A stretch of 64,000 nt of DNA from positions 2,080,001 to 2,144,000 of the forward strand of contig OZ242318.1 in NCBI GenBank assembly GCA_965208105.1. The letters are read 5' to 3'. Shown here one piece after another: positions 60,502 to 64,000 of the stretch (position 1 is the first letter of the stretch; the number at the start of each line of letters is the position of its first letter). Under the pieces are notes generated by a model. The model was not told the DNA's origin. It did no database searches and saw only the letters and a list, made by a program, of their open reading frames with translations. The position numbers were made by a program, and so were the translations under genes. Source of the DNA: Candidatus Latescibacterota bacterium (GTDB lineage Bacteria > Latescibacterota > UBA2968 > UBA8231).

Positions 60502-61373
60502 TAGAAGTTATCTCAAAAATAGGACTATATTTTTTGGCCACACTTAATTATAGAAAGGAGGAGACCGTAACCAAGGAGGCCCACGTTGGATCTTACCGAC
60601 GAGCAGTGGAACGTGCTTGGACCTTTGATCAAGGAGCCCCCGCGCCGTGCGGATGTCCGGGGCCGCCCGCAGGTGCCGCCTCGACCGATCATAGACGCTA
60701 TCTTGTGGGTGCTGCGCACGGGGGCGCCGTGGGCCGATCTGCCGGCTCGTTATCCGCCCTATCAGACCTGTCATCGCCGTTTCCAACAATGGGCGCGCGA
60801 CGGGACGTTGGAGCGGCTCTTGCGCGCGTTGGCCGAGGACCTGCGCGAGCGCGGTGGGATTGACCTCAACGAGTCTTTCATCGACGGGACGTTCGCGCCC
60901 GCCAAAAAAGGGGGCGGCAGGTGGGAAAAACCCGTCGGGGCAAGGGCACCAAGATCATGGCCATTGCAGACGGCGCTGGTCTTCCTGTCGCCCTGTGCAC
61001 GGAAAGCGCTTCGCCCCACGAAGTGACCCTCGTCGAGAGAACGCTCGATGCCCGCTTCCTCGGCGAAGAGCCCCAGCGGCTGATCGGTGACAAAGCCTAT
61101 GACAGCGATCGGCTGGACGCCCATCTCAGGCATCAGCGTGGCATCGAACTCATCGCGCCGAATATCCGCAACGCCGCACGTCGCGCGCCACGACAGAATG
61201 GCCGTCCCCTGCGCCGCTATCGACGGCGATGGAAGGTCGAACGCCTCTTTGCATGGCTTCAAAACTTCCGCCGCTTGGTTGTGCGTTACGAATACCACGT
61301 CGAGAACTTCCTCGGTTTCCTCAGGCTTGGTTGCGTCGTCATACTCCTTCGACGCTTTTTGAGATAACTTCTA
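60502..61373 (+). mobile_element. IS5-family (IS427-like) element, apparently intact
   Basis: 17-bp IR TAGAAGTTATCTCAAAA including terminal TA; orfA 60586-61026 and orfB 60921-61367 joined at an A6G5 frameshift site; [20 protein letters not shown]. Confidence 0.9.
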
Positions 61374-61904
61374 TGCACCCTCCCCCAGGGGACCACTGCC
61401 CACATGCGCCTTCAGCCCGAAATGCCAATTCTTCCCTTTCCTCGTTGAGCCCATCTAAGGGTCCCCTCGCCGAGCAGCAACCCGCGCTCGGACAAAATCT
61501 TTTCTGTAGGCCGAAACAAGGCTGAGGTCAACCCATGGCGCTCGAGAAAGTGTGGCGAAACTTGCAGATCGTGGTCTCATCCGGAATGTGGTCCGGATCT
61601 CCCCCCAAGCGACGCATCGATTCCACGTCATACAGACTATCTTCCATCGCCGGTCAGGTCCTGCACTTTGATGGGCGTTTTTATCACTCCGCCCGTGCCT
61701 CCCGTTGTTGTCGGAGGCCTCGGCCTCCTGGCCTTTCAGCACCATCAGGGTAGAAGCCAGACCCACCTGCTCACTGAAAGTCTGAATTTCGTTGCGTAGT
61801 CGATCGCTGGGTTGTATTATGCGCATGATAGCGTGAACTCCTTCCTGCCCATCGTGGGCACCAAAGGTTATGGGATTATTCTCTTGGAAGGTACTTCACG
61901 CGGT

Positions 61905-62647
61905 CACTTTTTGCAGAAAATCTCCAGCGCAACCGTCCGGGAAGTGCGCCGACGGGGCATGGCCGTCAACCCGAAGCGCATCCAGCGTATCATGCAAGAG
62001 GAAAAGTTCCAGTCCTGGTCAAACGCTATGTGCGTACTACCTATTCAGCCCGGGGTCTGGCTCCCTATCCCGACCTGATCAAAAGGCTCATCCCCAGCCA
62101 TCCCAACCAGATTTGGTGTGGCGACATCACCTACATTCGGCTGCCCTCCGAGTGGGGCTATCTGGCCGTTTTGTTGGATCTGTTTACCTGCGGCATTCGC
62201 GGCTGGCACCTGGGCCGCAGCTTGACCGAAGAGCTGGTCTATGTCGCTCTGGAACAGGCCCTGGCGCACCATCAGGCGCCGCAGATCTATCACTCCGACC
62301 AGGGTATCCAGTATCTGGCCAACGGCTACGTGAACCGGCTCCAGCCCCAGCAAGTACGGATCAATCTAGCCGCCAAAGGCCGCCCTACGGAGAATGCCTT
62401 TGCCGAGCGCCTCATTCGTACCCTCAAAGGAGAGGAGGTTTATCTCAACGAGTATCGGTCCTTCCAGGAAGCCGATCAGCACATCGGCTAATTTCTGGAA
62501 GAGGTCTACATGAACAAGCGAATCCATTCTGCTCTGGCGTATCGGACGCCGGCTGAATTCGAGGCCCAGTTTAATGCCCGGGGTTAGTTATAATTCCGGG
62601 TCAACTCCATTCCACTAAATGTGTCTAGCTATATGGGGGCACTTCAA
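61905..62647 (+). pseudogene. IS3-family orfB remnant with right end
   Basis: WCGDITYI, HSDQG.QY, NAFAERLIRTLK.EEV; internal TAA at 62489; IR-like TGTCT...GGGGCACTTCA. Confidence 0.8.
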
Positions 62648-63036
62648 CTTCCGCTGGAGGTGTCTCATCCCAATGAACACGGTCCGCAGCCCTATCAATT
62701 ATTTCCAGAGAATGGCTGTATCTTATGTTCTTTGCCACGGAAGTCCAGGCCTACCCATGTGGATCTATGGCTCCCCTTGCTTACCAATTTTCCATCTGCT
62801 ACAAACCATTCGCCTGCACCGATAGATTCAAGCTCTTGGTAGTACCCATAGGCGCTGCGGTAGGTGCGGTCCTCATGAAGCGTGATGCCGGAGATCACGA
62901 CGCTTTGTGAGTTGAGTTCATCTTTACGAACCCATAGTCCAACACCTGATCTTCCAGGTTTCTTTCTTTTTGTGAAGACCAGGGGTCTTATCCGCAAGCA
63001 ATCAAACCCCATAAGCTCCAATTTGCTACGAAAAAT

Positions 63037-63486
63037 ATGATGAATTTCACAGCAAGTCCTCCTCTTAAAATATACAGGTGCCCCAACCGGGGAGAAATTG
63101 GGGCACCTGCACAGAGAGATTTACGGGCACTCTTTACAACAATATCGACCGTTCTGGCCCAATCGCCGCCGTCAGCCGATGGAAAAGCCGAATATTATGC
63201 ACAGAATGGCGAGATAGAAGCCAATGCCCGCTACCGTCGCCCATACTACGTTCAAACGCTCTTGGGGGGTACGCATAATGGGGTCTCCTTCTTTGTGGTA
63301 CGCAGGTTGCCCAATGCCCGTCTTGCCAACCAAGGACCATTATCCCCCTGGTCGGCGGGGCTTATCCAACTCGCTGAGAATCAGAAATGTGGATTGGGCG
63401 AGAAAGAAGGAGAGGAAAGTTTGTGCTTGACAAAGCTCCAAACTATCCGTAACTTGGCAGGAATTCATACTAAACCCTCCGTCTAA
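63037..63486 (+). CDS. Hypothetical protein, weakly PemK/MazF-like
   Basis: PNRGEI...RRP...CGL...S pattern; followed by a terminator. Confidence 0.35.
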   Translation: MMNFTASPPLKIYRCPNRGEIGAPAQRDLRALFTTISTVLAQSPPSADGKAEYYAQNGEIEANARYRRPYYVQTLLGGTHNGVSFFVVRRLPNARLANQGPLSPWSAGLIQLAENQKCGLGEKEGEESLCLTKLQTIRNLAGIHTKPSV

Positions 63487-63500
63487 GGGTTAAGTATTCG

Positions 63501-63537
63501 GGCTGGAGGCGCTTTGCCCGCGCTTCCAGCCTTCTTT
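63501..63537 (+). terminator. Rho-independent terminator
   Basis: GGCTGGAGGCGC-loop-GCGCTTCCAGCC followed by TTCTTT. Confidence 0.55.
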
Positions 63538-63759
63538 GTACCCAAGGTAGTATCTGCGCTGGCGCAGGTCAAGTTCTTTTTGGGTACTTTAGCATTTTAA
63601 TAGAACCGGGGCGCCCAACTCCCCAATAGAGCGCCTCGCACAAAGGGCCTAGCAGTCGCGCTCAATGAGGGCAAGCTCAATTGATTGTAGATACGGATAG
63701 TCTCAGCGGTCATACGGACTGCGTCTATCCTCTGGGGCCACGATTAAGCCGTTCCATTC

Positions 63760-64000
63760 CTCATCCAATGGATCACCAAACGCGGCCGATCCGCCCGGGT
63801 GGGTCTGGAAGCCACCGGGGTCTACAGCTTGGAGGTGGCCTTGGCCCTGGACCGCCATCCCCGGACCGAGGTGATGGTCGTCAATCCCAGGGCGATCAAA
63901 AACTATGCAGGCGCTCGTCTGCAGCGCGCCAAGACCGACCCCGTCGACGCCCAACTGATCCTTGATTTTGTCCAGCGCATGGACTTTGTACCCTGGCAAC
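63760..64000 (+). pseudogene. Second IS110-family transposase, 5'-truncated, runs off window
   Basis: VGLEATGVY...VVNPRAIKNYA...KTDPVDA. Confidence 0.8.

Overview
GC-rich bacterial chromosomal window. A T9SS-type C-terminal domain, WD40/LRR/dockerin secreted proteins and SWGxxK tails suggest an FCB-group organism such as Latescibacterota, possibly host- or sponge-associated; this is inference only. Positions 1-5.3 kb hold the end of a periplasmic nitrate reductase (napA) operon with two tetraheme cytochromes and an NrfC/NrfD-type module. Positions 5.9-55.6 kb form a decaying accessory island bracketed by two tRNA-Leu 3'-end (att-like) direct repeats, each next to a P4-type integrase remnant. 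The island contains IS3, IS110 and IS5 elements, a nested ORF-less group II intron pair, and a type I-C CRISPR-Cas locus. In that locus cas3 is frameshifted by an 8-bp duplication and the mini-array has a second 'spacer' of 411 bp carrying a whole small gene. The island also has many secreted proteins (five share a C-terminal T-x-[VIT]-x3-SWG-x-[IL]K tail), two transposase-less cassettes bounded by inverted repeats, a type IIG-like RM gene and a phage/plasmid-like early operon. Positions 55.6-64 kb are an IS-rich zone including an IS1-family element carrying a toxin-antitoxin pair. All calls are by eye; no searches were run.
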